Source: Candidatus Omnitrophota bacterium
GTDB lineage: Bacteria; Omnitrophota; Gorgyraeia; Duberdicusellales; 4484-171
Length of the DNA: 64,000 bases
Assembly: GCA_043820815.1 (NCBI GenBank)
Contig: JBDRDJ010000005.1
Span: 1,313 to 65,312 of the forward strand
Direction: 5' to 3'
Notes under the pieces: model-generated
The model's database searches: none
Seen by the model: the letters and a program-made list of their open reading frames with translations, nothing else
What the model was told of the DNA's origin: nothing
Made by a program: the position numbers and the translations under genes
Shown here: in pieces, positions 26,759-36,287 of the stretch
Layout of the letters: each line of letters begins with the position of its first letter
Position numbering within the stretch: the first letter of the stretch is position 1

Positions 26759-29077
26759 TTAGTTCCATAAATTTCTATACATATAATAAGACTTTTTAAG
26801 CTGTCTGAGATAGGGAGAATTTTTACCGTCTCCCTGTGCGCAAATACCCAGCCATTCTTCATGCATGTATCCGTCTAAGAACGGGCCGCTGAATTGGCCT
26901 TTGCGGTCATGATAGGCTGGTTCATGGACTTTCCACCACTCATCAATCCATTCAAAAGCGATCCCGCCTAAAGCATTGCCGGCTCCTGCCCCAGCAGAGT
27001 TATCAAGTATATCCAGCCAGCATTGCCTATGATATTGGGCCTGATAATCCTCGGCTTCCTTGTCAGAATAACCCCTGGCACAGGAGGATGTTCCGTATTC
27101 CGTGATCATAGCTGGTTTCCCGGTTAACCTTTTGACTTCATCCCATATATCCATGAAACCGTATTTTCCTCGATAGGAATTTGTCCCGAAAATATCAATA
27201 TCGGGGCAATTTTGGGCAAAAATATCTAAATGCATGATATCACCGGAGGCAATAGCTACCGGCCGGTTTAAAGGGTCAAGTGATTTGATAAGCAATGCTG
27301 CCTTATTGGCAAACCTAAAAAAGCTTTCAGGTTTTTTATCAGCATTGCAAGCTACCCCATAGACATTTTCATTACCCAAAAGCCACATTAATACATAGGG
27401 CTCATTTTTAAACTCCTGGACCATTTTTTCAATACTTTTCAGCATATTTTCTTGGTCCTGGGGGTTGTCGTAATCAGTTCCCGGCTCCCATTCAGTATTG
27501 CTTCCCAGGGTGTATTTTCCCAGAAAATCCCCTACTATTACATATATACCATATTTTTCATACATTTTCAAAAAAATTTCCTTATTTAATTCAAAGGGAT
27601 GATGATACATACGGATTGCATTTACACCCATTTCTTGTAAAAGCTTGAGGTCTCCTACGGGCATTTCGCCTTTCTCCTGCATATTATTTCTATTTTTATC
27701 TACCCAGGCCTCATCGGGTGCATCAATTAAGCCGTTATTATTTATGTCCTGGGTCATCCAGTTCTTAAGGGTTCCGTCATGAGGGCCTTCGCCCACCCGT
27801 GTTGGTGTATAAGTGATGGCTTTAAGCATGAAAGGCTTTCCGTCAACAAGTAATTGCCAATCCCCGTTTGCATATTTTGCTAGCTTGATCTTGCCGCCTG
27901 TCTCATAAACAACTTTCCCTAGTTGAACGCGTTTTTTGCGTTCTCCCCATGAACTAATTCTTCCCCACAAAGAAGTCTCAACGAGCTTGCCAGGATTAAC
28001 AATGAACCTATCGTTTCTCACTGAGTTGTCAAAACCGTTAACCACCTCGATGCGCGCGTCTTTTAACTCTATATTTAACTGAGGATTATTTTTTAAGATA
28101 TTTTTTAAGCGATAGAGTGCGGCTTTGCCTACATACCAGGGGGTGTGCCAATAAGTCCAGCTATAGCTTTTGGGGAAATGCACCAGTACCGCATAATAAG
28201 CTTTTAAAGCCTGCTCGATCGATCCGTTTCTTTCAAGGATTTCAGCGAGGTAAAATTGCCTTATATGCGCAGGCTCAGGCGCAAAATTCCATTTATAGAA
28301 AGCAGTTTTTAGATCACGGCTGTTTAATATCTCCCAATGGTCTACCTTCCCCAGCTTTTTCTTAATGTTGATAAACACAGGGTCAAACTTGACGGATGTG
28401 GTATTAGGGTATATACCTTCGCCGACAGCCTTGGATAATCCGATCTGGTCTTTGATTTTGTATGTATAATCCGCAGTTCCCACTCCCGTAAAATCTCCGT
28501 ATTTAGAATAGTCTACAGGAAATTCACAACCTTTGTCGTAAACTTCCACATTCGTGATTATCACTGGTTCTTCTTCCGTTGGCCCCGTTGTTTTACCTGT
28601 TAGTTGGTCTATGGCTTCTTGAGATTTTTCCTTTACTGACCAGTACCAGCCTGCTTCATTCCAGCCTTGAGCAAAAGGGTATTTCTCTATTACGGTCTTC
28701 CAGTTTTTTATGGCTTCTGCGTTTTTTCCCTGGGCACGATATAATTCACCCCGGATAAAATAGGCGGTAGCCACATGATTAAGGCTCGCTACTGCTTCGA
28801 TTTCTGGCGTACGCTGGGGCATCTCTTTTAATCCTGCCTGCTGCTGGTCTGCTTGGGCACCATAAAGATCAATGACTTGCCGGGTATATTCTAAGGTAGC
28901 TTTCTCATCCATTTTACTGCGCGTTACCCATGCCTTTTTAATCAGCTCCGCGCTAGTGGGTTTCGCAACTTGACCTTGCTCTTGTTTTTGCTCTTGGGCT
29001 TGCAAGCTGTAATTAAAGCAAGCCGGGAAAGTAAAGCTCAAACTCAAAAGCAAGATTATTAACGTTTTAACCTTCAT
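26759..29077 (-). CDS. Secreted TPR-like N-terminal region + clan GH-A hydrolase domain, paralogous to 24187..25464
   Basis: Signal peptide. The C-terminal half has FMLKAITYTP, NAIRMYHH, WLLGNENVYG, AMITEYGTSSC, GGIAFEWIDEWWK, and EEWLGI, the same order as its paralog. Confidence 0.6.
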   Translation of the reverse strand: MKVKTLIILLLSLSFTFPACFNYSLQAQEQKQEQGQVAKPTSAELIKKAWVTRSKMDEKATLEYTRQVIDLYGAQADQQQAGLKEMPQRTPEIEAVASLNHVATAYFIRGELYRAQGKNAEAIKNWKTVIEKYPFAQGWNEAGWYWSVKEKSQEAIDQLTGKTTGPTEEEPVIITNVEVYDKGCEFPVDYSKYGDFTGVGTADYTYKIKDQIGLSKAVGEGIYPNTTSVKFDPVFINIKKKLGKVDHWEILNSRDLKTAFYKWNFAPEPAHIRQFYLAEILERNGSIEQALKAYYAVLVHFPKSYSWTYWHTPWYVGKAALYRLKNILKNNPQLNIELKDARIEVVNGFDNSVRNDRFIVNPGKLVETSLWGRISSWGERKKRVQLGKVVYETGGKIKLAKYANGDWQLLVDGKPFMLKAITYTPTRVGEGPHDGTLKNWMTQDINNNGLIDAPDEAWVDKNRNNMQEKGEMPVGDLKLLQEMGVNAIRMYHHPFELNKEIFLKMYEKYGIYVIVGDFLGKYTLGSNTEWEPGTDYDNPQDQENMLKSIEKMVQEFKNEPYVLMWLLGNENVYGVACNADKKPESFFRFANKAALLIKSLDPLNRPVAIASGDIMHLDIFAQNCPDIDIFGTNSYRGKYGFMDIWDEVKRLTGKPAMITEYGTSSCARGYSDKEAEDYQAQYHRQCWLDILDNSAGAGAGNALGGIAFEWIDEWWKVHEPAYHDRKGQFSGPFLDGYMHEEWLGICAQGDGKNSPYLRQLKKSYYMYRNLWN

Positions 29078-30530
29078 TTTTTTCTTTTCTGCGCTTCTCT
29101 ATCTGGGCCCGAATTTCATAGGCTTTATCTTCAGTAATTTCAAATTTCATAATAATGAGAATAGCGATCAAAGAGGCTATAATCGGTATGCCGATATCAT
29201 AGATCCTCATCCATAACATTGTATTAGCTGTTTGGCCTAAGCCGATTTCTTGGCGAAAACCAGTGGAGTTGATGAGGATGCCTGAGATAAACGATGAAAG
29301 CGCTACTCCCAGCTTGACCATCCACCAGTAGACAGCGCCGAACATGCCTTCGCGCCGGCTTTTGGTTTCGAGCTCGTCAAGGTCACAAACATCAGCCACC
29401 ATGGAATTCATCAGGGTGAAAAGCGAGCCTAAGCCAAAACCAATGAAAGGGGCGGCGATGAACAGTAAATAAGGGTTATTAGGGTTATAGCCAAACCATT
29501 TCAAAGCATAACCGATAATCGAAAGCGGAATGGTGATAAAAAACGTGTTCCTTTTTCCGATTTTCGCAGACAAACGTATGGTCAGGTAGATGACGCCCAT
29601 GGTGCAGATTGCGCTGAATGTCCCATACCAACCGAGCAAAACACCGCCTTGGGCATAGGCTTGATCAAGCACAGGGGCCCCTCCATAAACATAGAAAAAA
29701 ACAACATAGATGGTAAAAGCTGAAGCACACATGAATCCGCCAAAAATCAGCAGTGTAGCCATGCAGAGCTTGAGAAAGGGTTTACATTTAAGAGTGATGC
29801 CGGCTCCCACAAAAAAGTTCTTCATCCGGTCCCAAGCGCCCTTTATGTCCGGCTTGGGCAAAGTGGCGAAACGTTCTTTGTTGAAGATGCCCGGTAAGAT
29901 GCCGCATCCAATTACAGTAGCTCCGATGATGATGGCTAAGGTTCGTCCGCCGTGCACAATATCAGGGAACCAATTTTGGTTGTGCATAATCGCCCAGCAC
30001 CAGGGAGCGATCAACCAGGGCAACTGGCCGACAATATTAGCTGATCCCTGCAGGCGGGTCCGCTCGTGATAATCAGGGGTCATTTCATAGCCCAGGGCAA
30101 TCCAGGGAATGGAAAAACAGGTGAATGCCAGGAAAAAGAGAAGTTGGAATATTCCGAAGTACAAGACATAAAAGATTTCACTGCGGCCTTTATGGAGCTG
30201 GAACATCAATGTGTAAAAGATTCCTCCGGCGATCGCTCCTAAGAAAATAAGGGGCCTGCGCCGTCCCCAGCGGGTGCGAATATTATCAGAAATATGGCCG
30301 GTTATGGGATCTGATATCGCGTCAACAATACGAGGGAGAGCTCCTACCAGGCCCACTAAAGCCGGATTGACGCCTAATCCCAGGTTTAAGACGATGACCA
30401 TTTGGCCGATAAAAGCAGCCTGGGCGGTATTAGCAAAAGCGCCTATGCTGTATATGGCTTTTTGGAAAAAAGGGATGCGGTCCCGGGCAGCGGTAGCATG
30501 ATGTTTTGAGTGGTCGATTATTTGTTCCAT
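29067..30530 (-). CDS. Glycoside-pentoside-hexuronide (GPH)/MFS cation symporter
   Basis: About 12 predicted TM helices. The N-terminal motif DAISDPITGHISDNIRTRWGRRRPLI is typical of MelB/GPH transporters. Confidence 0.8.
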   Translation of the reverse strand: MEQIIDHSKHHATAARDRIPFFQKAIYSIGAFANTAQAAFIGQMVIVLNLGLGVNPALVGLVGALPRIVDAISDPITGHISDNIRTRWGRRRPLIFLGAIAGGIFYTLMFQLHKGRSEIFYVLYFGIFQLLFFLAFTCFSIPWIALGYEMTPDYHERTRLQGSANIVGQLPWLIAPWCWAIMHNQNWFPDIVHGGRTLAIIIGATVIGCGILPGIFNKERFATLPKPDIKGAWDRMKNFFVGAGITLKCKPFLKLCMATLLIFGGFMCASAFTIYVVFFYVYGGAPVLDQAYAQGGVLLGWYGTFSAICTMGVIYLTIRLSAKIGKRNTFFITIPLSIIGYALKWFGYNPNNPYLLFIAAPFIGFGLGSLFTLMNSMVADVCDLDELETKSRREGMFGAVYWWMVKLGVALSSFISGILINSTGFRQEIGLGQTANTMLWMRIYDIGIPIIASLIAILIIMKFEITEDKAYEIRAQIEKRRKEKNEG

Positions 30531-30610
30531 TGACTAGCAAGTATCCTATTTTTTAACAACAAATGTATTATTATATCATTTATTTTAAGGAAATCAACCT
30601 TAAAATTGGG

Positions 30611-31459
30611 TCAACCTATCATGTTTCCTGAGATCACTCCCTTGACGATGTACTTTTGCATAAATAGATATACTATTATAATGGGCAGGGCTGTTAAGGT
30701 AAGTCCGGCCATAAGCAGAGGGTAATTGGTCAGATACTCGCCCCGAAATACCATAAGGGCGCGTTGCAGGGGCATCAGGTTCTTGCTGTCAAATATTATC
30801 AACGCCAACACATACTCGTTCCAGACATTAAGGGCGTTAAAGACCACTACTACCGCTAGTATGGGCCGGGCAAAGGGTAGTGCTACGTGGCGCCATATGC
30901 CCAGCTTAGAACAGCCGTCTATACGTGCGATATCTTCAATCTCTCGGGGCATTTTGTCAAAGAAGGTTTTAAGCAAGAATATGCTCATGGAGAGCCCAAC
31001 GTTGATCATGCAAAGGATATAGCCCAGAGGCGTATCACGCAAATGTAATTTGTTCAACAGGACAAACAAAGCCACGAAACTTCCCGGGATGGGGATCATC
31101 ATGGCGGCTATGAATACCGTAAAGAGGATATTTCTTCCGGGAAAACGCAGACGCGAAAACGCATAGGCTGCCATAGAAGCAATGATCACTATACCCACTA
31201 CTACGGCAACGGTATAAAAAACAGTATTTAAAAAATGGCGGCAGAAGTCGCTCTGGCTCACCGCTTGGTAGTAATTTTCAAAGTGGAATTGTTTAGGGAT
31301 CAGCGAGATATCGCTGAAAATTGTCTCCTGGGCCTTAAGGCTTGATGAAACCATCCACAATAAGGGGTAAAGACAGGTTATGGCAATGCTGATCAGGAGT
31401 AAATGGATCAAAGAATTGACGATAATCTTTTTTGTCTGGTAATAAATTCTACTTCTCAC
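30611..31459 (-). CDS. Carbohydrate ABC transporter permease (MalG-like)
   Basis: Six TM helices and an EAA-type loop, EDIARIDGCSKLGIWRHVALPFARP. Confidence 0.85.
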   Translation of the reverse strand: MRSRIYYQTKKIIVNSLIHLLLISIAITCLYPLLWMVSSSLKAQETIFSDISLIPKQFHFENYYQAVSQSDFCRHFLNTVFYTVAVVVGIVIIASMAAYAFSRLRFPGRNILFTVFIAAMMIPIPGSFVALFVLLNKLHLRDTPLGYILCMINVGLSMSIFLLKTFFDKMPREIEDIARIDGCSKLGIWRHVALPFARPILAVVVVFNALNVWNEYVLALIIFDSKNLMPLQRALMVFRGEYLTNYPLLMAGLTLTALPIIIVYLFMQKYIVKGVISGNMIG

Positions 31460-32340
31460 GTGTAGCGGTACCTCTTAGAAAGTCTGTATTGAATAAAGGA
31501 AATAGCCACAAGTATTGCCCCCAGGTTGATACCCTGGGCGCAGGCATAGCCAAAGCGCGATGAATCCCGCATGACATTCAGTATTCTAAGGACAGGCACT
31601 GAGGTATGTCCGGCAAATTCTCCGCCCACAAGGCCAAGGATAAGCACGAAAGTCTGCATGGTACCCAAAATAGTGAGTATAGAGACCAAGGCAACTACAG
31701 GCATCATCAAGGGCAGAGTTATATTCTTAAAAGATTCCCAGGCATTTGTCCCGTCCATGCATGCTGCCTCATAAAGTTGGCGCGGAATGGTCTGAAGACC
31801 GGCCAAAAAGATCAAGAATCCCCAGCCAAACCCCTTCCAGCTATGTACAAAGGCTACTGTGGTCAGGGCTGTATTGGGGTCAGTCAGCCAGCTGTGCGCT
31901 AATTGCTCAAGGCCAATACTTGCGAGCAGGCGGTTGATGATATTTGCGCCAGCCACATCATTGATGATAAAACACCAGACCATGCCCACGACTATTTCAG
32001 AAAGTACGGGCGGGATAAAGAAGACTGTGCAGTAGAAATGCTTTAAGCGGATGGCCCGGTTGCAAGCCCAAGCTAAAGAAAAGGCCAATGCGTTCTGAAA
32101 GGTAAGTGCGATCAGGGTTATATAGCCGGCATTACGCATCGCCTGCCACCAATTAGCGTCGTGGAAAACGATCTCTTTAAAGTTGTCCAGGCCAATAAAG
32201 TTCTTAGTGGGCAGTATGCCGTCCCAATCAGTTAAGCTCAGCTGGAAAATCCAGACAAAAGGAATGATATAAAATAAGGCGAATATGACCAGGGCCGGTA
32301 TAACAAAGGAATAATTTTCTAAAGCGGATCTAAGTTTCAT
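31456..32340 (-). CDS. Carbohydrate ABC transporter permease (MalF-like)
   Basis: EAA-type loop YEAACMDGTNAWESFKNITLPLMMP. The stop overlaps the downstream permease start. Confidence 0.85.
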   Translation of the reverse strand: MKLRSALENYSFVIPALVIFALFYIIPFVWIFQLSLTDWDGILPTKNFIGLDNFKEIVFHDANWWQAMRNAGYITLIALTFQNALAFSLAWACNRAIRLKHFYCTVFFIPPVLSEIVVGMVWCFIINDVAGANIINRLLASIGLEQLAHSWLTDPNTALTTVAFVHSWKGFGWGFLIFLAGLQTIPRQLYEAACMDGTNAWESFKNITLPLMMPVVALVSILTILGTMQTFVLILGLVGGEFAGHTSVPVLRILNVMRDSSRFGYACAQGINLGAILVAISFIQYRLSKRYRYT

Positions 32341-32346
32341 GATCTG

Positions 32347-33639
32347 TTAGCGGTCAGGCTTATTCCTAGCCATCTCTTTTTCTTTGATCTTCTGGACTTC
32401 GGCGGCAACCTCATTAGGTGTCTTTTCACCGATAATGATTGCCTGGATGCCTTTATCTAAAGCCTCAGTTACCAGAGAAAATTCCGAAACCTCCCAGGCA
32501 TTGGGATGGGTGGCAACGTCCATGTTCTTTGCAAAACTTGCCAAGACCTCAGGCATGCCGCTGGTACAGTTTTTGTTTGCTGCCAGATTGTTAGTGGCCT
32601 TGGCTAAATAGGCTTGCTGATCAGCTTCGGTGAGCCAACGCAAGAATTTCACCGCTTCCTCTTTCTTGGATGAGCGGGCATTGACCATAAAGGAAGAGCC
32701 TGCTCCACCCCAAACAACCATGGGAAATCTTCCCGAAGCCCGCGGCGGAAGCATAGCCGCGTATTCAAGGTCAGGGTTCATGCTTTTATAAACATTGACA
32801 CTCCATGAACCGTTAAAAGCAAAAACCGCTTTTTCGGTTGCAAAGAGCTGTTCAGCGGTTTTATTGATCATGGTGACTATGCCTTTGGCCAGCACACCTG
32901 ATTCGCGCATATCTTTAAAAAGGGTCAATACCCTTACCCAATCAGGATCAGTGTAGCTGACCTCGCCTCTTATGGTAGCTAAGACCTTATCCTTACCCAT
33001 GATATTAAAGGCATAATTGCTAGCCAGGCAATCGATCATCCATATCTCAGTCCATCCGGAGACCAACCCCTGCATATTAGCCGCGCGGATTTTTTTGCCT
33101 GCCTCTAGAAGATCGCTGAAAGTAACGGGTTTGCTGATCCCCAATTGCTTCAATAATCTTTTGTTATAGAGCATCTGGATAGTGGTTATGTCCAGGGGTA
33201 CGCCATAGATGCCGGGTTTGACCCCGTAGGTGTTGCCTGTTTCGAACTCATTTACGGCAAGAGTTTTGGGGAAGAACTCACTCTTCCAGCTCGTCTCCCC
33301 TTCTTCCATGTAAAAGTCGAGGTTAAGTATATGGCCGCCTTTTATAAAAGAGGCAAAATCCCTTTTCTCGCCGAGTACTCCGAATATATCAGGAAGGTTT
33401 GCGCCTTGGGCGGCAGAGCGCACCCTCTGTGAGTATTGATCCGAAGGCGCGTAAAGCTCAAAATCCACCTGAACCCCGGTTTTAACCTCGTATGCCCGGG
33501 CGAGCTCCCTAAAGGCAAGGTTTCGGTCAGTCATCCAATGCCAGATAAGCAACTTATTACTTTTATCTTGTTGAGGGGTACAGCCGGCCAGGCCCAGCCC
33601 TAAAAGCAGAAAAATAGTGATTTTGGCTAAGGATTTCAT
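32347..33639 (-). CDS. Extracellular sugar-binding lipoprotein of the ABC transporter
   Basis: Lipobox LGLAGC. Length and composition fit family 1 solute-binding proteins. Adjacent to the two permeases. Confidence 0.8.
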   Translation of the reverse strand: MKSLAKITIFLLLGLGLAGCTPQQDKSNKLLIWHWMTDRNLAFRELARAYEVKTGVQVDFELYAPSDQYSQRVRSAAQGANLPDIFGVLGEKRDFASFIKGGHILNLDFYMEEGETSWKSEFFPKTLAVNEFETGNTYGVKPGIYGVPLDITTIQMLYNKRLLKQLGISKPVTFSDLLEAGKKIRAANMQGLVSGWTEIWMIDCLASNYAFNIMGKDKVLATIRGEVSYTDPDWVRVLTLFKDMRESGVLAKGIVTMINKTAEQLFATEKAVFAFNGSWSVNVYKSMNPDLEYAAMLPPRASGRFPMVVWGGAGSSFMVNARSSKKEEAVKFLRWLTEADQQAYLAKATNNLAANKNCTSGMPEVLASFAKNMDVATHPNAWEVSEFSLVTEALDKGIQAIIIGEKTPNEVAAEVQKIKEKEMARNKPDR

Positions 33640-34490
33640 CAGTCAAAGACTACGGTTTTATTGTTGTAGACTAATATTTTTCTTTCAAGGTGCCAGAGGA
33701 CAGCTCTGCTCAAAACAGCTTTCTCTAAGTCACAGCCTTTTGTTTTTAAATCATTCAGAGAATCTCTGTGGCTGACTCTCACTATTCCCTGTTCGATTAT
33801 TGGGCCTGAATCAATCTCTTCTGTTACATAATGGCTTGTTGCGCCTATGAGTTTTACGCCGCGGCAATATGCCTGAGCGTAGGGTTTTTTGCCGATAAAA
33901 GCGGGAAGAAACGAATGATGAATATTGATAATCTTATTTTTAAACTGCTGCACAAACCTTTTTCCTAAAACCTGCATATACCTTGCCAAAACCACAACCT
34001 CTATACCTTCTTTTTTAAGCAGGTCGATCTGGACTTGTTCGATTTTCTCTTTGCTTCCAGATTCAGGGGGAAATTCAAAAAAAGGTATATTGAACATCTC
34101 TGCGATACCTTTTAAGTCATGGTGGTTACTTATTATCAAAGGGATTTGACAGTGAAGCTGGCCGCTTTTGTAACGAAGAAACAAATCATAAAGGCAGTGT
34201 TCAGTTTTTGAAACAAAAATCGCCGCTTTCGGCAGTGAATCTGTGAAAAATAAAGACCAATCTATATTGAATTTTTCAGCAATCAGTGCAAATTTATCTC
34301 CGATCTCGCTGCGAGAAAGAGAAAAATCATCCATAGACCACTCTATGCGCATAAAGAAAGTATTGGATTGGGAATCAATATGCTGGTCAGCATGTTCAAT
34401 GTTGCCGTTATTCTCATATATAAAATTGGTAATTGTTGCCGTAATTCCCTTCTGGTCAGGACAGGATATGAGCAATATTGCATTGTGCAT
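33639..34490 (-). CDS. purU: Formyltetrahydrofolate deformylase
   Basis: N-terminal ACT domain (LLISCPDQKGITATIT) followed by a formyltransferase domain (INIHHSFLPAF, GATSHYVTEEIDSGPII). Confidence 0.9.
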   Translation of the reverse strand: MHNAILLISCPDQKGITATITNFIYENNGNIEHADQHIDSQSNTFFMRIEWSMDDFSLSRSEIGDKFALIAEKFNIDWSLFFTDSLPKAAIFVSKTEHCLYDLFLRYKSGQLHCQIPLIISNHHDLKGIAEMFNIPFFEFPPESGSKEKIEQVQIDLLKKEGIEVVVLARYMQVLGKRFVQQFKNKIINIHHSFLPAFIGKKPYAQAYCRGVKLIGATSHYVTEEIDSGPIIEQGIVRVSHRDSLNDLKTKGCDLEKAVLSRAVLWHLERKILVYNNKTVVFD

Positions 34491-34667
34491 AAGTAGTAAT
34501 TATATAAGTTTTATCTCAAATTAGCAATGCTTTTTTTACTGGAGTTTTCCCATTTTAAATAAAAAAACTCCAGTTTGATTACTGAGATTGGGGGTAGATT
34601 AAGGTGTAAATATTTGATTTATAACACCCTCATCGATAGCTGCTTACCAATAGCGTCTGGTAGACTT

Positions 34668-34698
34668 CAATATGAGGCCGGTGCGATTGAATGGGACA
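34668..34698. repeat. 31-nt perfect direct repeat, copy A (CAATATGAGGCCGGTGCGATTGAATGGGACA)
   Basis: Identical to 37056-37086. The flanks are unrelated. Confidence 0.9.
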
Positions 34699-34780
34699 AT
34701 TTCAATTTTATTGAGTTGGACCGGGACTCACTCAATCGGGCCGGGGTTAACGCTAAGCCCTGACCCCTATTTTCCCCCAT

Positions 34781-36010
34781 TTACAGGCAAGACCACGGAA
34801 TAGCCGTAATGTTATTCGCAAGGAGCTCTTTTCTTTCTCCAGTTGTAATAACATAACCGTGTTTTGCTGCTTTTCCGTAATCGCTTAAAAAAGTTCTCAA
34901 TCCTTTGATTTCAGATAAAGCGACAAGCGGAGAACTCTTAATCTCTATCGGGATAACGTGATCGCCTAAATCAATAACGCAATCAACTTCCGCTCCGGCG
35001 GATGTACGCCAATAACAAACTTTGTAATTTTTATTCAACACCTTTATCCTTCTTATGATCTCGAGCATGACCGCATGTTCAAAAAGAACGCCCTTTTGAA
35101 TGTTTACCAAGCTGCGCGTTATGGGAAAACGCGCCAAAACATTTCTGACGCCTAGATCAAAAAAGAAGTAGCGCGGTGATGAAAGAATACGCTTGCGGGC
35201 ATTTTTTAGGTAGGGTCCGACTTTCTCGATAACCAGGGTATCCTCAAGTATATTGTAGAATTCCTTAATAGTAGGCTGGCTTACCCCTGATTCATTTGAA
35301 AGTTTGCGCAAATTCGGATTTGTGCCTGATTCTACGGCGGCAAGCTCGAGAAAACGTGAAAACGCCCCGATTTTTCTGCTCAGGGCCTCCGCGCGAATTT
35401 CTTCCTCAAGATATATTTCCGAATACGCTTTCAGAAAATCCGGCCTTTCCTTTTTTGGCAAAGTCGCGATCCCAGGCAGTGATCCATAAACAAGCGAATC
35501 CTCAAAAGTATACGGCACATCACGGTTTATATTTTCGAGAGAAAGCTCTTTTATGGCACATTCCTTTATCAGCCCTAATTCTCCCCATAACAACGGATCC
35601 AAATGGTACCGTTTTATTCTGCCCGGCAAAAGATTTACTCCATGCCTTTTCAACTTCCTCGCGGACGAACCCGTAAGAATAAAGTGAGCGTCTTTATTGT
35701 CAATTAAAACCTGAATCGCGTCAAATAGAGGAGGTACCTTCTGGGCTTCATCTATAAAAACACAAGGGTTTTTTTTAACCGCGCGTATTTGATTAATGAT
35801 TCTTGAAGGATTTCTTTCCATGTCTATCCGAAGCGAGGGGTCCTGCAGGAGATACGTAACGGGATTATTCACATCCTTGAGGCACTCATTCACAAGGGTG
35901 GTTTTGCCTGCCTGGCGCGGCCCTAAGATAAGACACGAATATTTCTTCTTTTGCAGACCAGCTATTGTGGCATTAAGATATCTTAAGAGTGGTTTATTTT
36001 TTCCATGCAT
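34781..36010 (-). CDS. AAA+ ATPase, AAA_14/DUF4143 family
   Basis: Walker A ILGPRQAGKTT, Walker B VFIDEAQ, and a C-terminal DUF4143-like region (YFFDLGVRN, restriction-endonuclease-like tail EVDCVI...IPIEIKSS). Confidence 0.8.
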   Translation of the reverse strand: MHGKNKPLLRYLNATIAGLQKKKYSCLILGPRQAGKTTLVNECLKDVNNPVTYLLQDPSLRIDMERNPSRIINQIRAVKKNPCVFIDEAQKVPPLFDAIQVLIDNKDAHFILTGSSARKLKRHGVNLLPGRIKRYHLDPLLWGELGLIKECAIKELSLENINRDVPYTFEDSLVYGSLPGIATLPKKERPDFLKAYSEIYLEEEIRAEALSRKIGAFSRFLELAAVESGTNPNLRKLSNESGVSQPTIKEFYNILEDTLVIEKVGPYLKNARKRILSSPRYFFFDLGVRNVLARFPITRSLVNIQKGVLFEHAVMLEIIRRIKVLNKNYKVCYWRTSAGAEVDCVIDLGDHVIPIEIKSSPLVALSEIKGLRTFLSDYGKAAKHGYVITTGERKELLANNITAIPWSCL

Positions 36011-36090
36011 ATATAAAGTATACCTTATATTTTCATTATTGTCAAGCGCGGCTTCTTTCTCCTTTTTATTTCACACACAACATAGAAATC

Positions 36091-36271
36091 AGCGGCGTGA
36101 ATCGCCTTTCCGCTTTAATCCAGGGGCGGTTCACGTCCGCTGGATTGATAGTATGAAAACACCCCCCTGCAAACGGCATATGTGCCAATACCGCTTTTGG
36201 CGGTATAATTGAGCGAGCTCATAAGCGCCGGGCTTATGTCTCAATGGTACTAACCTGCGGCCTCCAGCCGC
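36091..36271 (+). ncRNA. Structured 5' leader of the IS110 transposase gene; candidate bridge-RNA-type ncRNA
   Basis: Five consecutive GC-rich hairpins in otherwise AT-rich DNA: 36091-36114, 36117-36146 (AATCCAG...CTGGATT), 36188-36206 (ATACCGC...GCGGTAT), 36220-36238 (CATAAGC...GCTTATG), and 36257-36271 (GCGGC...GCCGC). The position matches the non-coding left end of IS110-group elements. Confidence 0.35.
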
Positions 36272-36287
36272 TTAACAGGAGGTGTGT

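Noticed and set aside
34538-34574. An 11-bp perfect-stem hairpin (ACTGGAGTTTT...AAAACTCCAGT) as a terminator upstream of purU.
   Set aside because: The T-run precedes rather than follows the stem on the plus strand, and an A-run follows it on the minus strand. It therefore fits neither orientation of a canonical intrinsic terminator, and its function is undetermined.
34668-34698. The GTGCG inside the 31-nt repeat as a group II intron 5' end.
   Set aside because: No reverse-transcriptase/maturase ORF, no domain V-like hairpin and no intron-sized structured region follows either copy.
35296-36212. Plus-strand ORFs of 126, 61 and 138 aa overlapping the AAA ATPase gene and the IS110 leader.
   Set aside because: They are antisense shadows of a gene with clear Walker motifs. 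The 138-aa ORF also runs through the hairpin-rich non-coding leader.
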